64,000 bases of DNA from an uncultured Chloroflexia bacterium (GCA_963738475.1 CAVTWU010000017.1:141064-205063), one strand, 5' to 3'; counted from the first letter of the stretch, positions 1 through 12,481 are shown. The notes: generated from the sequence alone by a model not told the origin. Numbers and translations: made by a program.

Positions 1-418
1 ATGAGCGCCTTGATCGCGTACAGCCCGGCGAGCAGGCCGGACTTCATGTCGGTGACGCCCGGCCCGTAGGCCACGCCGTCCTCGATGCGGAACGGGCGAG
101 CCGCCGCGGTCCCCGGATCGAAGACCGTGTCCATGTGGCCGATGAGCAGCACGCGCGGCGCCCCGGCGCGGCCATCGAACGTGGCCACGACCGTCCGGCC
201 GTAGCGGCCCTCGGGGTCCGGCCGGTGCTCGACGGCGGCACCCAGCCCCTCCAGGAACCGTCCCGTCCACTCCCCGACCTGGTCGACGCCCGCCGGCGTG
301 TAGCTCCCGCAGTCGATGTTGACGAGGGTCTCGAGGTCGGCCAGGTAGGCCGGCAGGTCGGCCGCGATGACGGTGCGCAGGGCGTCGAGTTCCGGGTCGC
401 TGGCGATGGTCGTCACTC
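1..418 (-). CDS. M20-family metallopeptidase (carboxypeptidase G2/DapE-like), N-terminal part; the gene continues beyond the window start
   Basis: Minus-strand translation from a GTG near 418 reads MTTIASDPELDALRTVIAADLPAYLADLETLVNIDCGSYTPAGVD...LLIGHMDTVFDPGTAAARPFRIEDGVAYGPGVTDMKSGLLAGLYAIKAL. HMDTV plus the DMK motif is the M20 signature. It was not in the ORF track because it runs off the window edge. Confidence 0.7.
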
Positions 419-442
419 GGACCTCCTTGGCGGCCAGTCTAT

Positions 443-481
443 CCCGTGTCGTGCCCGTGTCTTGCGTGTCCTACCCGTGTC
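443..481. promoter_or_regulatory. Four direct repeats of CCCGTGTC/GCGTGTC spaced about 11 bp apart, in the divergent promoter region between the M20 peptidase and the cphA-like gene
   Basis: Seen directly: CCCGTGTC at 443, 454 and 474, and GCGTGTC at 464. The helical-phase spacing suggests a regulator binding array. Confidence 0.3.
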
Positions 482-525
482 TCGCTCGCATCTTGGCCCT
501 GCCGGCTTGCTATCCTGCCCGGACC

Positions 526-2296
526 GTGCGACTGGTGGAGACGCGTCTGCTCGAGGGCCCGAATGTCTACCGGTTGGAGCCGGTGGTCAAGCTCGAGGTG
601 GCCGTCGGCAAGCGACGGACCTGGTACGGCCAGCGCGATCCCGGTCGCCACGCCCTGGTCCGTCTCGGCGCCGACATCCCGGCCCGCGAGCTGGCCGAAC
701 GACGTCGCCGCGGTCGTCGGCTGGATCCGGCGGCTGCGCGCCGAGCACGGCGAAGGCCGCCGCGGGCTGGCGGTCCATCGCTCATCGGATCCGGGCCACT
801 GGATCATCACGTTCCCGTGGACCGGCCTGGAACGGTCGCTGACGCTGACCGAGGCCGCGCTCGCGCTCGACGGAGCGGGACGTGTCGCTCCGCCCCGACC
901 GCCCACCTGACCGGCGCCCAGGAACGCCTCGTGGCCCGCTGGACGGCCCGGATCGCCGAGGCCGGCACGACGCCGCCGTCGTGGATCCGCGACGCCGACC
1001 GGCGGGTCCCGGTCGTGTCGATCTCGGGGACGAACGGCAAGAGCACCGTGACCCGGCTCATCACCCACATCCTGCTGCTGGCCGGCCGCCGGGTCGGGAC
1101 GACCACCTCGGACGGCGTCCTCGTCGATGAGCGGATGGTCGAGCCAGGCGACTGGACCGGTCCGGGCGGCGCCCAGCAGATCCTGGCCCGGAGCGACCTC
1201 GACGTCGCCGTCCTCGAGACCGCTCGCGGCGGGATGGTCCTGCGCGGCGTCGGCTACGAGTCGAACGAGGCGAGCATCCTGACCAACGTCTCGTCCGACC
1301 ACCTCGACCTCCAGGGCATCCACACGCTGCCCGAACTGGCCGAGGTCAAGTCGACGATCTGCCGGATCACGAAGCCGGACGGCTGGGTCGTCCTCAACGG
1401 CGACGATCCGTACGTGTCGGCCGTCGCGCGGCGGGTCCGGGCGAACGTGGCGTACTTCTCGCTCCTGCCGGGTGGGTCGGACCCGGTCCGTCGGCACGTC
1501 GAGCGCGGCGGGCGCGCGTACCTGGTCCGGGGCGGCAGCCTGGTCGAGGTGAACGGGCCGGACACGACCGAGATCGCCGAGATCCGCCGCATCCCGATCA
1601 CGATCGGCGGGCTCGCCCGCCACAACGTCGCGAACGCGCTGGCGGCCGCCGGTGGCGCGCGCGGGCTGGGCGCCACGATCGAGGAGGTGAGCCGCGACGG
1701 CCTGACCGACTTCCGCCCGGACGCGGACCGGTCGCCTGGCCGGCTGAACCTGTTCCGCCTCGGCGCCAAGGTCATCATCGTGGACTTCGCCCACAACGAG
1801 GCCGGCATCGCGGCCGTCCTGGACGTCGCCCAGGGCATCGCCGGCGGGGCGGCCGGTCGCGCGGCGCCGATCACCGTCGATCATCGGGACCGCCGGCGAC
1901 CGGCCGGACGACACGCTCCGGGGCATCGGCCGGATCGCCGCCGAGCGGGCCCAGCGCGTCGCGGTCAAGCAGACCCTCGGCTACCTGCGCGGCCGGACGC
2001 CGGAGTCGGTCGTCGGCGAGCTGCTGGCCGGGGTGACCGCCGGCGGCGGCGACGCCGCGGCCGTGCCGATCTACGAGTCCGAGACGGAGGCCCTGCGAGC
2101 CGAGCTCAACGGCGGCGCTGACGGCAACGCGACCGGCGCTCGGCCCGATGCGGCCCGGGTCATCGTCCTGATGTGCCACTCGGAGCGCGAGCAGGTGTTC
2201 GACCTGCTCGCCGCGGTCGGCGCCCGGCCGGTCGACATCACGACGGAACTGACCGAGCTGGTCCCGCGCCTGCAGGAGCGTCCGCGCCGGGGCTGA
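526..2296 (+). CDS. Cyanophycin synthetase-like protein with the CphA N domain followed directly by the Mur-ligase (M) domain; the ATP-grasp (G) domain is absent; frameshifted
   Basis: The reading from GTG 526 begins VRLVETRLLEGPNVYRLEPVVKLEV, parallel to the cphA start LRVLETRVLRGPNYW. It then continues WPNDVAAVVGWIRRLRAEHGEGRRGLAVHRSSDPGHWIITFPW in a second frame. The P-loop VVSISGTNGKSTV lies only about 20 aa after the N domain. After it come VLETARGG, TNVSSDHLD and LNGDDP, and the C-terminus reads IYESETEALRAELNGG...ERPRRG with a stop at 2296. At least 3 frame changes are present. Confidence 0.65.
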
Positions 2297-2415
2297 CCGG
2301 CTGGGTCGTGGCGTCCGGAGCCACAGCCCCTTGCGTCCGGGCGCGGCGGGGCGCAGGATGCGCCGAAGCGCGGGCCGACCGGCTCGCGGATCGACGGTTC
2401 GGAGGGTTGCGATCC

Positions 2416-2511
2416 ATGGAGATGGCGATCGGCGTGCTGCTCATCCTGATCTCGCTGGCACTCATCGCGTTCATCGTCCGGACGGTCCAGGCGAACATGG
2501 TCCGAGGCTAG
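2416..2511 (+). CDS. Possible 31-aa hydrophobic peptide between the two convergent cphA genes
   Basis: MEMAIGVLLILISLALIAFIVRTVQANMVRG is a single TM-like helix. This is a weak call, made only from hydrophobicity and the position in the 250-bp convergent gap. Confidence 0.15.
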   Translation: MEMAIGVLLILISLALIAFIVRTVQANMVRG

Positions 2512-2552
2512 CCGGAGACCGCCGACCGCGCGAGCTGAGCGTCGAGTCCCGG

Positions 2553-5494
2553 TCAGCCCTCGGGGGCTTCGAGTTCGCCCGGGTCGGCGAAGGCCGTGCC
2601 GCCGCGGGACGTGCCGGCCGCGGCCATCGCCTCGCGGTAGACCGCGATCGCGTCGTCGACGCAGCACACGACCAGGTCGCCCGGGATGGCCCGGCGGAGC
2701 GCGGCGCGCACGGCGGCCATCTCCTCGAGGATCTTCTCGGCCCGGGTCGCGCGGGCCGTCCCGGCGGCCTTCGCCGCCCGGACGCCCTCGAGCACGTTCG
2801 TGGCGGTCTCGCCCGGCTGTCGTCCGCGCAGGTTCTTGTCCTCGCGGACGATGAGCTCGTCGAACGCGCCGGCCGCGATCGCGCCGTAGTCGCGCTGGTC
2901 CTGGTCGCGCCGGTCGCCCGGGATGCCGAGGACGCCGATCGCCCGGCCCGGTCCGAGTCGCGCCGCCGGACGTCGCCGATCCGGCCCGCCTTCGTCTGCG
3001 TGTCGACCATCATCCGGTTGACGAAGTCGGCCAGCTGGCGCATCCCGTCGACGTTGTGGCAGTAGTCGATGACGACGCGGACCCCGCCGACATCGACCAG
3101 GTTGAGCCGGCCCGGCGCCTGGAAGAACGACGTCGAGAAGGTCCGCAGGCCCTGGCGGATGTCGTGCAGGTGGGCGCCCGGCGGCCCACGCCGCGGCCGC
3201 CGCGGCCAGCGCGTTCGCCACGTTCATCCGCGCCCGGCCGCCGAACGTGGCCGGGATGAGGTGCGTGTACAGCACCGGCATCGTCCGCGACCCGAGCTTG
3301 CAGGACGATGAGCTCGCCCTCGTCGGTCATCTCGAGGCGGAACGCCGCCCCGCCACGGCCGGTGTGGCCGTCGACCCGGTCGTAGCCGTCCTCGCCCTTG
3401 GTCATCGACATGCTGAACAGCACGACCCGGCCGGCGCAGTGGCGGCCCATCCGGTAGACGTGGCTGTCGTCGGCGTTGAGGACCGCGGTCCCCGAGCGCG
3501 GCACGGCCTCGACGACGACGCCCTTGACGTTGGCCAGCTGGCCGATCGAATCGATGCCGCCGAGGCCCAGGTGGTCGCCGGTCACGTTGGTCACGACGGC
3601 GACGTCGTTGCGGTCGTAGCCGAGGCCCTCGCGCAGGATCCCGCCGCGGGCGACCTCGAAGACGGCGGTGTCCACGGTCGGGTTCTGGAGGACCATCTGG
3701 GCCGACTTCGGCCCGGACATGTCGCCCTTCTTGATGAGCCGGCCGTCGACGACGATGCCGTCCGTCGAGGTCATCCCGACCCGCCGGCCCATCAGCTTCA
3801 GGATGTGGGCGATCATCCGGACGGTCGTCGTCTTGCCGTTCGTGCCGGTCACGGCGACGATCGGGATCCGCGCCGACGAGCCGGCCGGGAACAGCGAATC
3901 GATGACCGGCCGGGCGACGTACTGCGGCTCGCCCTCGGTCGGGTGGGTGTGCATCCGGAAGCCGGGCGCGGCGTTGACCTCGACGATCGCGCCGCCGGTC
4001 TCGCGGACGGGGGTCGTGATGTCCGGGCAGATGAAGTCGATGCCGGCGACGTCGAGGCCCACGATCCGGGCCGCCGTCTCGGCGATCTCGACGTTGTCCG
4101 GGTGGGCCTCCATCGTCCGGTCGATCGACGTCCCGCCGGTCGACATGTTGCCGGTCAGGGCGAGCTTGACCCAGGTCCCCTCGGGCAGGACGTCGTCCAT
4201 GCCGTGGCCCTGGTCGCGGACCAGCTCCTCGGCCGCCTCGTCCACCTTGATCCGGGTCAGGACCTTCTCGTGGCCGATGCCGCGGCGCGGATCGCTGTTG
4301 GCGATGTCGACCAGCTGGCGGACGGTGTGCTCGCCGTCGCCGGTCACGCTGGCCGGGACGCGCTCGGCGATGGCCGCGACCTTGCCGCCGATGACCAGGC
4401 AGCGATAGTCGTTGCCGGCCACGTACGACTCGACGACGACGTCGCCGCCGCGGCTCTGGGCGAGCGCGCCCTGGAACGCGGCCCGGACCGCCTCCTCGGA
4501 GCGCAGGTCGAGGTGGACGCCGCGGCCGTGGTTGCCGTCGAGCGGCTTGACGACGCACGGGTAGCCGATGCCGCTTCGCGGCCGCGACCGCGCCCTCCTC
4601 GGTGTCGACGACGTCCGCGCGCGGCACCGGCAGCCCGGCCGAGTCGAGCAGCCGGTTGGTCAGGCTCTTGTCCGACGCGATGTCGACGCCGATCGCCGAG
4701 GTCAGCGACGTCATCGTCGCCCGGATGCGCTGCTGGTGGACGCCGTGCCCGAACTGGACGAGCGAGTGGCGGTCGAGCCGGATGAACGGGATGTCGCGGC
4801 TGACCGCCTCGTCGATGAGGGCCTGGGTGGACGGGCCGAACGCCTGGCGCTCGGCCAGGCGGATGAGCCGCTCCATCTCGGGCGCGAAGTCGAACGACGA
4901 CGTCGGGGTCGTCCGGCGCGACGAGGTGGTTGACCAGGGCGACGGCCATCCGGCCGGCCTCGAGGCCGACCGCCTCCTCGCGGTACTCGAAGATGCAGTT
5001 GTACTGGCCGTGCTTGCCGGCGGCCCGGGTCTTGCCGTGGCGGACGTCCGTGCCGGCGAGGTTCTGGAACTCGAGGGCGACGTGCTCGGCGATGTGGCCG
5101 ACCCACGTCCCCTCGCGCAGCCGGCTGATGAAGCCGCCGCGGCGGCCGAGCGAGCAGGCGTGATCCTCGAGGCTCGGCATGCAGCGCGACGAGCGCGTCG
5201 GTGAAGTCCGGGATCAGGTTGGACGGGTACTCCTCGAGCGACGCCGAGGTCCACGAGCATGGCGGATGACCGGCTCGCGCGCCCAGTAGTTCGGGCCGCG
5301 CAGGACGCGGGTCTCGAGGACGCGCAGGGTCGGGGCGGGACCGCCGGTCGGGGCCGGCTTGGCGGCCCGTGCCGACTTGCTGGGCTGCGTCGCCGTGGCC
5401 GCTGCGGTCGCCGACTTCGAGGCCTTCGCGGCGCCCTTGGTCGGCGTTCGCTTCGGTCCGGACGCTGATGAGCTCTGGGCCACGGGACTCCTCC
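2553..5494 (-). CDS. cphA: Cyanophycin synthetase CphA (N, ATP-grasp and Mur-ligase domains) with an Ala/Lys-rich N-terminal extension; at least 5 apparent frameshifts
   Basis: Fragments across frames read: N domain LRVLETRVLRGPNYWAREPVIR / LEEYPSNLIPDFTDALVALH / PSLEDHACSLGRRGGFISRLREGTWVGHIAEHVALEFQNLAG; linker DIPFIRLDRHSLVQFGHGVHQQRIRATMTS; ATP-grasp MAGNDYRCLVIGGKVAAIAERVPASVTGDGEHTV...VEVNAAPGFRMH; M domain VTGTNGKTTTVRMIAHILK...TNVTGDHLG; C-terminus HNVANALAAAAAAW...VCCVDDAIAVYREAMAAAG with a stop at 2553. Confidence 0.8.
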
Positions 5495-5599
5495 TCCGTC
5501 GGCGGCCGACGCCGCCCACCTGGACGCTGATCAGCTGGAGGCGGCCTCGCCGCCGGGCAGTGCGTGGAGGGTCGGGCGTCGCCACCCGTCGGCGACGGC

Positions 5600-6370
5600 G
5601 AAGGTCGAAGCGATAGCCGGCCGGCAGCGAGTGCAGGACGACGCCGCTGATCATCAGCGGCCGGTGGCCGTGGACCTCCCAGGCGTCGGTCTCGGACTGC
5701 GACGCCGTCGACGACCGTGATCGAGCCGCGCCCGATGACCTCCATGACGTGGTCCGGGCCGACGACGCCGGCCGTGTCCTCGTCCACGCCGAGCCCGAGC
5801 AGGGACGGGTTCTGGGCGATGAGGCTGAGCAGCCGGCCGAGCCGGTTCCGCTGCTGGAAGTGCTGGTCGACGATGACCCCGGGCAGGACGCCGAGGCCGG
5901 CGGCGATCTGGGCCATCCGGTGCTTGGGGGTGGCGCCGGACGCCCCGAACGCGATCATGTGGCTGGACATCGCCGAGGCCCCGGCGGTCGTGCCGGCGAC
6001 GACCGCGCCGTCGCGGAACCGGTCCATGATCGCGTCGGCCAGGAGCGTGCCGCCGATCGTGGAGCTGCAGGCGGAGCTGGTTGCCGCCGGTCATGAAGAT
6101 CCCGGTCGCGTCGCGGACGGCGGCGGCGTTGGCCTCGTCGTTGGCCTGGGGGCGGGTCACCGCGTGGAGCGGGCGGACCCGCGGGACGCCCAGCTCGCCG
6201 AAGACCTGGCGGTAGCGCTCGCCGGCTTCCATGCCCATCGAGGACGCGGTCGAGATCACCGCGATGGTCGCGTTCTCGCCACCGGCGAGGGCGACGAAGC
6301 GGCTGAGGATGACCCGATCGCGGACCTTGTCCTCGGCGCCCCCGATGATGATGACGGTTCCGTCAGACAC
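5600..6370 (-). CDS. cphB: Cyanophycinase CphB (peptidase S51), frameshifted
   Basis: From GTG 6370 the reading is VSDGTVIIIGGAEDKV...IAVISTASSMGMEAGERYRQVFGELG...IFMTGGNQLRL. A second frame gives DRFRDGAVVAGTTAGASAMSSHMIAFG...VIVDQHFQQRNRLGRLLSLI, and a third gives HSLPAGYRFDL. The 3-prime end is unclear. Confidence 0.75.
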
Positions 6371-6479
6371 AGACTGGCAACCCTGACCGTGCGGCGATGA
6401 TCGGCGAAGGATAGCAAGGTGCGGTGGCCCACCGTCGGATCCGGCCCGGACCGGGCGTGGATCGAGGGCGTGACGGGCC

Positions 6480-7458
6480 ATGGGAGAATGCCCGCGCGAT
6501 GAGCGACACCCCGCCGACCCGCCCGGCCTGCAGCCCGTCCCGGGATCCGCCGGCGGCCGCGGCCGGGTCGTCGTGGACCTGCGCGACCTCGTCGACGCGC
6601 CCACCCGTCGCCGCGCCGGGGTCTGTCCGCGGGCCCTCCGGCGCCAGACGACGCGCCTGCGCGATCCCCGCCGGATCGCGGCGATCATCCTGCTGAGCGT
6701 CTGACCTTCGCGCTGCTCGCGGCCGGGCTGATCGCGCGCGGCGAGGCGGCCGGCGCGGACGCCCGCGCGTACTGGGCCGGCGTCCGGCTCTGGCTCAACG
6801 GCGGCGACCCGTACCACCCGAGCGGCCCGTTCCTGCCGTACGTCTACGCGCCGTGGATGCTGCCGCTGTTCGTGCCGTGGGCGGTCCTGCCGTGGGACGT
6901 CGCCTGGTTCGTCTGGCGCGGCGGCGACGATCCTGCTGCTGCTCTGGACGATCCACTGGGCGTACCGCCGACGGCCGCTGACGACCGCGGTCATCTTCGC
7001 GTTCCTGGCCTTCCCGTTCGGGGCCAACCTGGACACCGGCAACATCAACCTGCAGCTGACGCTGATGCTGTGGGCCGCCCAGTTCACCGGGCCACGGCTC
7101 GGCGGGGCTGCTGTGGGCGCTCGCGACCTGGATGAAGTGGGTCCCGGTCGTGTTCTGGCCGATCCTCGCCCGCGATGCGCAGACGCTGGGGCCTGCTCTG
7201 GCTCGCGGTGTCGGTCGGGCTGAGCATCCTGACCCTGCCGCTGACGATCATCCAGCTCCAGACGCTGTTCGGATTCGGGGCGCGCCCGATCCGGCTCGAC
7301 TACCTCGTCTACCTCTGGGCGTTCGTGCCGTGGCTCTATCGCCGGCCGGATCCGTTCGACTTCCTCGGCCGGCGACCTGGCGTCGGTGGTGGTCAGGGCG
7401 CGGGGTCGGCTGCGGGATGCGCGGGTCGCGACAGACCGGTGCGCGGGAGCCGGGCTAG
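6480..7458 (+). CDS. Polytopic membrane protein, GT87/DUF2029-like glycosyltransferase fold; frameshifted; start uncertain
   Basis: Hydrophobic segments RIAAIILLSV / TFALLAAGLIARGE, then YHPSGPFLPYVYAPWMLPLFVPWAVLPW, FAFLAFPFGANLDTGNINLQL and LWLAVSVGLSILTLPLTIIQL are spread over three frames. Confidence 0.4.
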
Positions 7459-9180
7459 CCGGCTGGCCGGCCGCAGCCGGCGCCGGACGGCCTCGACGGT
7501 CGTCGCCGCCAGGGCATCGCGGGCGAGCGCCCGGCACGCCGGCGAGGTCCAGCCCGGCGACCTGGGCCGCGACCGCGGCGATCGAGCTCGGGGCGACGCT
7601 CAGCTCGTCGACGCCGAGGCCCGACGAGCAGCGGGATCATCTCCGGGTCGGCGCGCGGCCTCGCCGCAGACCGCCACATGCCGGCCGCGCGCCCGGGCCG
7701 CCGCCACGACCGCCGGCGATCAGCCGCAGGACGGCCGGCTGGAGCGGCGTCGCGAGCTCGGCGAGGGCCGGGTTCGTCCGGTCGGCGGCGAGCGTGTACT
7801 GGACGAGATCGTTGGTCCCGATGCTGAAGAAGTCGGCGACCTCGGCCAGCCCGTCGGCGACGAGCGCCGCGGCCGGGACCTCGATCATCACGCCGAGGTG
7901 GACCGCCGACGGCGGCGCGTCGGCGCGTCGCCACGATCGCGTCCAGCCGCGCCCGGACCGCGACGACCTCCTCGACGGTGGAGACCATCGGCAGCATGAT
8001 CCGGACCTCGCCGCCGGCGGCCGCCTCGACGAGCGCCGCAGCTGGTCGTCGAGGAGCTGCGGGTCGCGCCAGGCCGAGCCGAACGCCGCGGACGCCGAGC
8101 GCCGGGTTGGCCTCGGGCCGTCGGTCTGCCACGCCGCCGGCTTGTCGCCACCGACGTCGAGCGTCCGGAACACCACCGGCCGCTCGCCCATCGCCTCGCG
8201 GATCCGGGCGTAGAGGTTCCGCTGCTCGGCGACGGACGGCGGCGTCGGCCGGCCCAGGAACAGCAGCTCGGTCCGGACGAGGCCGATGCCCGCGGCCCCG
8301 GCCCGAGCGGCCGCCTCGGCCTCGAGCACGGACCCGACGTTGGCCGTGACCGTGACCGGCGACGTCCCCGATCGACGCGTCGGCGACGGCCCCGGTCGCG
8401 CCGGCGACCGCGCGTCGCGGCGCCGCGCCGGACGGCCGCGAGGTCGTCCGTCGCTCGGGTCGACGATCAGCCGCCCGTCGCGGCCGTCGCGTCCGTCGAC
8501 GATCGCCTCGGCGCCGGTCCGGCGCACCGCAGCGCGTCCGGCCCCAGGCCGAGCACGAGCGGGATCCCGAGCCCGCGCGCGACGATCGAGGCATGGCCGG
8601 TCGGCGCGCCGCCGGCCAGGGCGATCCCGGCGACCAGCTCCGGTCGGAGCGTCGCGACGGCCGACGGGTCGAGGTCGTCCGCGACGATGATCGCCGGACG
8701 GCCGTCGGCATGCCACAGGTCCGGGCGCGGCTCGCCGCGCAGGATGCCGGCGACTCGCCGGCCGACATCGCGGACATCCGCGGCGCGCGCCCGGAAGTAC
8801 TCGTCGTCGACCGCGGCGAGCATGCCCGCCTGGTCGTCGGTGCTCGCAGGATCGCGTCGGCGGCGGACGCCCGTCGTCGATCGGCGCGCAGCGCCGGGTC
8901 CGACGATGCCCGGGATCGCGGGCGAACAGCGCCTGCGCCTCGAAGATCGCGCCGATCTCCTCGCCGGCCCGCTCGGCGATCTGGCGGGCCAGCGCCTCGA
9001 GCTCGTCGGCGGCCGTCTCGAGCGCCGCGTCGAGCCGAGCCCGCTCGGCGGCCGGGTCGGTCGGCCGATCCGGCGGACGCCGGCGCGTCGCCGCGCCGGC
9101 GTCGACGGCCGGCACGACCAGGAGCCGGCCGACGCCGACCCCGGGCGAACCGACCCGCCCGACAGGACGGCGCGGGTCAC
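7400..9180 (-). CDS. ptsI: PEP-utilising enzyme I (PtsI-like) serving the dihydroxyacetone kinase phosphorelay; frameshifted
   Basis: [38 protein letters not shown]...[103 protein letters not shown] and [11 protein letters not shown]. Confidence 0.7.
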
Positions 9181-9235
9181 GAGCATCGGCCTCGGGTCCT
9201 CCGGTCCGTCGGTCAGCCGGCGGCGACGACGTCGG

Positions 9236-9865
9236 CGAGGGCGCGCAGCAGCAGCGCCGACGAGGTCGCGCCCGGGTCCTGGTGGCCGATGCTGCGCTCG
9301 CCGAGGTACGACGCCCGGCCCTTCGTGGCGAGCATCGGGATCGTGGCCTGCGACGCCGGCCTCGGCGGCGTCGGCCATCGCCGCCGTCACGGCCGCGCGA
9401 TCCGCGCCGCCGCCTGCGCGGCACGGCCGGCCGCCAGCGCCGGGACGAGCGCGTCGAGCATCGTCTTCTCGCCGGTCGTCGCCTTGCCGAGCGACTGGAT
9501 CCCGCCGATCGCGGCCTCGAGGGCCGCGACGACGACCTCGCCGTGCGCGAGCGACCGGATCGGCCGCGACGATCGCCCCGCCGCCGCGCATGAACGCCGT
9601 GCCGTACAGCGGTCCGGACGCGCCGCCGACCGTGCTGATCAGCGTCCGGCCGGCGGTCCGCAGCGTCGTCCCGGCGCGGGCACGGTCGTCGTCGGCCTCG
9701 GGGACGCCCGGCGTCGAGCGAGGCCACGATCGCGGTGAAGCCGCGATCCATGTTGATGCCGTGGTCGCCGTCGCCGATCGCCTGGTCCAGCGCGGTCAGC
9801 GCCGGCGCCTGGTCGTGGAGCCGCTCCGCCGACAGGCGGAGCCAGCGCTCGAGCACGTCGAACAT
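9236..9865 (-). CDS. dhaL: Dihydroxyacetone kinase subunit DhaL (Dak2 domain)
   Basis: [53 protein letters not shown] starts at 9865. The rest is frameshifted. Confidence 0.7.
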
Positions 9866-9964
9866 CGGATGGTCACCTCGGCGAGTCGGGTCGGCGAACG
9901 GAGTCTAGTCGGAGTGGCCGCCGCGCCGGAGGGAGCAGGCGCGGCGGCCGAGGGAGAGGCGGGG

Positions 9965-10966
<1,002 letters not shown>

Positions 10967-10972
10967 CGGCGG

Positions 10973-11769
10973 TCATCGATCTCCTTCTGTCGGGTCGCGG
11001 TGAGCGTCGGCGGTCAGGCGGCCGCGGCCGGCGCGGGCTGCTCCTTGGCCGATGAACTCGTACAGGAAGGCGCCGATGACGCCACCGATGGTCGAGCCGA
11101 AGACGTAGACGACGACCAGCTGGTCGACCGGGACCGGCGTGGCGCCGATGGCCTGGCCGAGGATGGCCGGGCCGAGCTCGCGGGCGGGGTTCAGGGAGGC
11201 GCCGGTGATCGGGCCGACGAGGATGATGATCCCGTAGACGATGAACCCGATGATGAGCCCGGCGAACCCGGACGGGGCCTTGCCCGACACGGCGGCGCCG
11301 AACACCGTGAACACGAGGATCGCCGTGCCGATGACCTCGGCGGCGAAGCCGACGGCGAGGCCGGCATTGGCGTTGACCGACACGGCGCCGAGGCCGAGCT
11401 TGGCCGGGTCGTTGCCGGTCAGGATGATCAGGGTCAGGCCGGCGCCGATGAACGCGCCGACGAGCTGGGCGACGATGTAGCCGCCGGCCGTCTTGCCGTC
11501 GATCTTGCGGGTCGCGAGCAGCGAGATCGTCACGGCCGGGTTGATGTGGCAGCCGCTGATGTGGCCGACCGAGTAGACCGCCGCGAAGATCGCGAAGGCG
11601 AACGCGAACGAGATCGTCGACAGGCCGGCGGTGCCGTCGATCCCGGTCCCGCCGGCGCCGGCGGTCAGGAACACGGTCAGCGGGCACGGAGCCCGCGCCG
11701 ATGAACACGAGGATCGCGGTGCCGATGGCCTCGGCGGTGAGCTTCTGGGCGAAGCGTCGGGGACGACAT
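10973..11769 (-). CDS. glpF: Glycerol uptake facilitator / aquaglyceroporin (MIP family)
   Basis: AEAIGTAILVFIGAGSV, HISGCHINPAVT (first NPA box) and GASLNPARE (second NPA box). There is a frameshift near the N-terminus. Confidence 0.8.
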
Positions 11770-11801
11770 GGACCTTCCTCCTCCTGTCGGTGGTGGTCGA
11801 C

Positions 11802-12481
11802 TCAGCTGGGCTGGTCGAGATAGGGCGCGAGTTCCGCGGCGAGGGCCGCGAGGGCCGCGTCGGCGTCGGGGCCATCGGCGGCCAGGACGATCTCGGACGA
11901 CGGGCGGATCGTCAGCCCGAGCAGGGCGATGAGGCTCTTGGCGTCCGCCTCGCGGTCGCCCTGGCGGATCACGATGCGGCTCTCGAACCGCGACGCCGCC
12001 TGGACGAACTTGGCGGCCGGCCGGGCATGCAGCCCGGCCGGATCGCTGACGACGAGGCGCAGCTCGGGCATGCTCAGGCCCTCGGGAGCTTGGCCATCGA
12101 CGGCCGCCCCTCGGCGGCGGCGGCGACCTCGGCGAGCGACGCGCCGATGCTGGCCTGGACGGCGGCGAGGATCGCGCCCTCGACGAGCGGCGCCTCGCTC
12201 GACCCGGACCCGGTCGCGCTCGGCTGGGTCGAGCTCCTCGAGCGCGAGCTCGAGGCTGAGCGCGGCGCTGCCGAGGTCGAGCAGGACGAGGACGCCATCC
12301 GGGCTCGCCGCCAGCGTCGAGCGGAGGGCGGCCGCGATCCGCGGCGCGCTGGTCCCCAATCGCCGTCCTCGGTCCCGCCTGCGGTCCCCACCGCGACGTC
12401 GTCGCCGGCGACCTGCGCGACCATCTCGCGCAACCCGTCGGCCAGCGTCCCGCTGTGGGAGATCAGGACCAGGCCCACCAA
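11802..12481 (-). CDS. dhaM: DhaM phosphotransfer protein, an EIIA(Man)-like domain fused to HPr
   Basis: The N-terminus MVGLVLISHSGTLADGLREMVAQVAGDDVAVGTAGG is the EIIA-Man fold. The C-terminus LRLVVSDPAGLHARPAAKFVQAASRFESRIVIRQGDREADAKSLIALLGLTI is HPr with an active-site His. One frameshift lies between the two. Confidence 0.7.

Noticed and set aside
2331-3065. A 244-aa plus-strand ORF between and over the 3-prime end of cphA
   Set aside because: It is antisense to a confidently identified CphA C-terminal region and has Arg/Gly-rich nonsense composition.
3224-5260. A 678-aa Arg-rich minus-strand ORF, and many other very long ORFs in alternative frames (for example 135-842, 12636-13790, 21677-24274 in other frames)
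   Set aside because: High GC content suppresses stop codons in all frames. These ORFs overlap recognisable genes out of frame and translate to Arg/Pro/Gly low-complexity sequence. They are artefacts, apart from short in-frame stretches that belong to the real frameshifted genes.
7400-9180. Treating the enzyme I gene as a general glycolytic ptsI plus a separate HPr
   Set aside because: HPr is fused into DhaM at the other end of the same operon, and the enzyme I sits directly after dhaK-dhaL. It is better read as the dedicated phosphorelay of the PTS-dependent dihydroxyacetone kinase.
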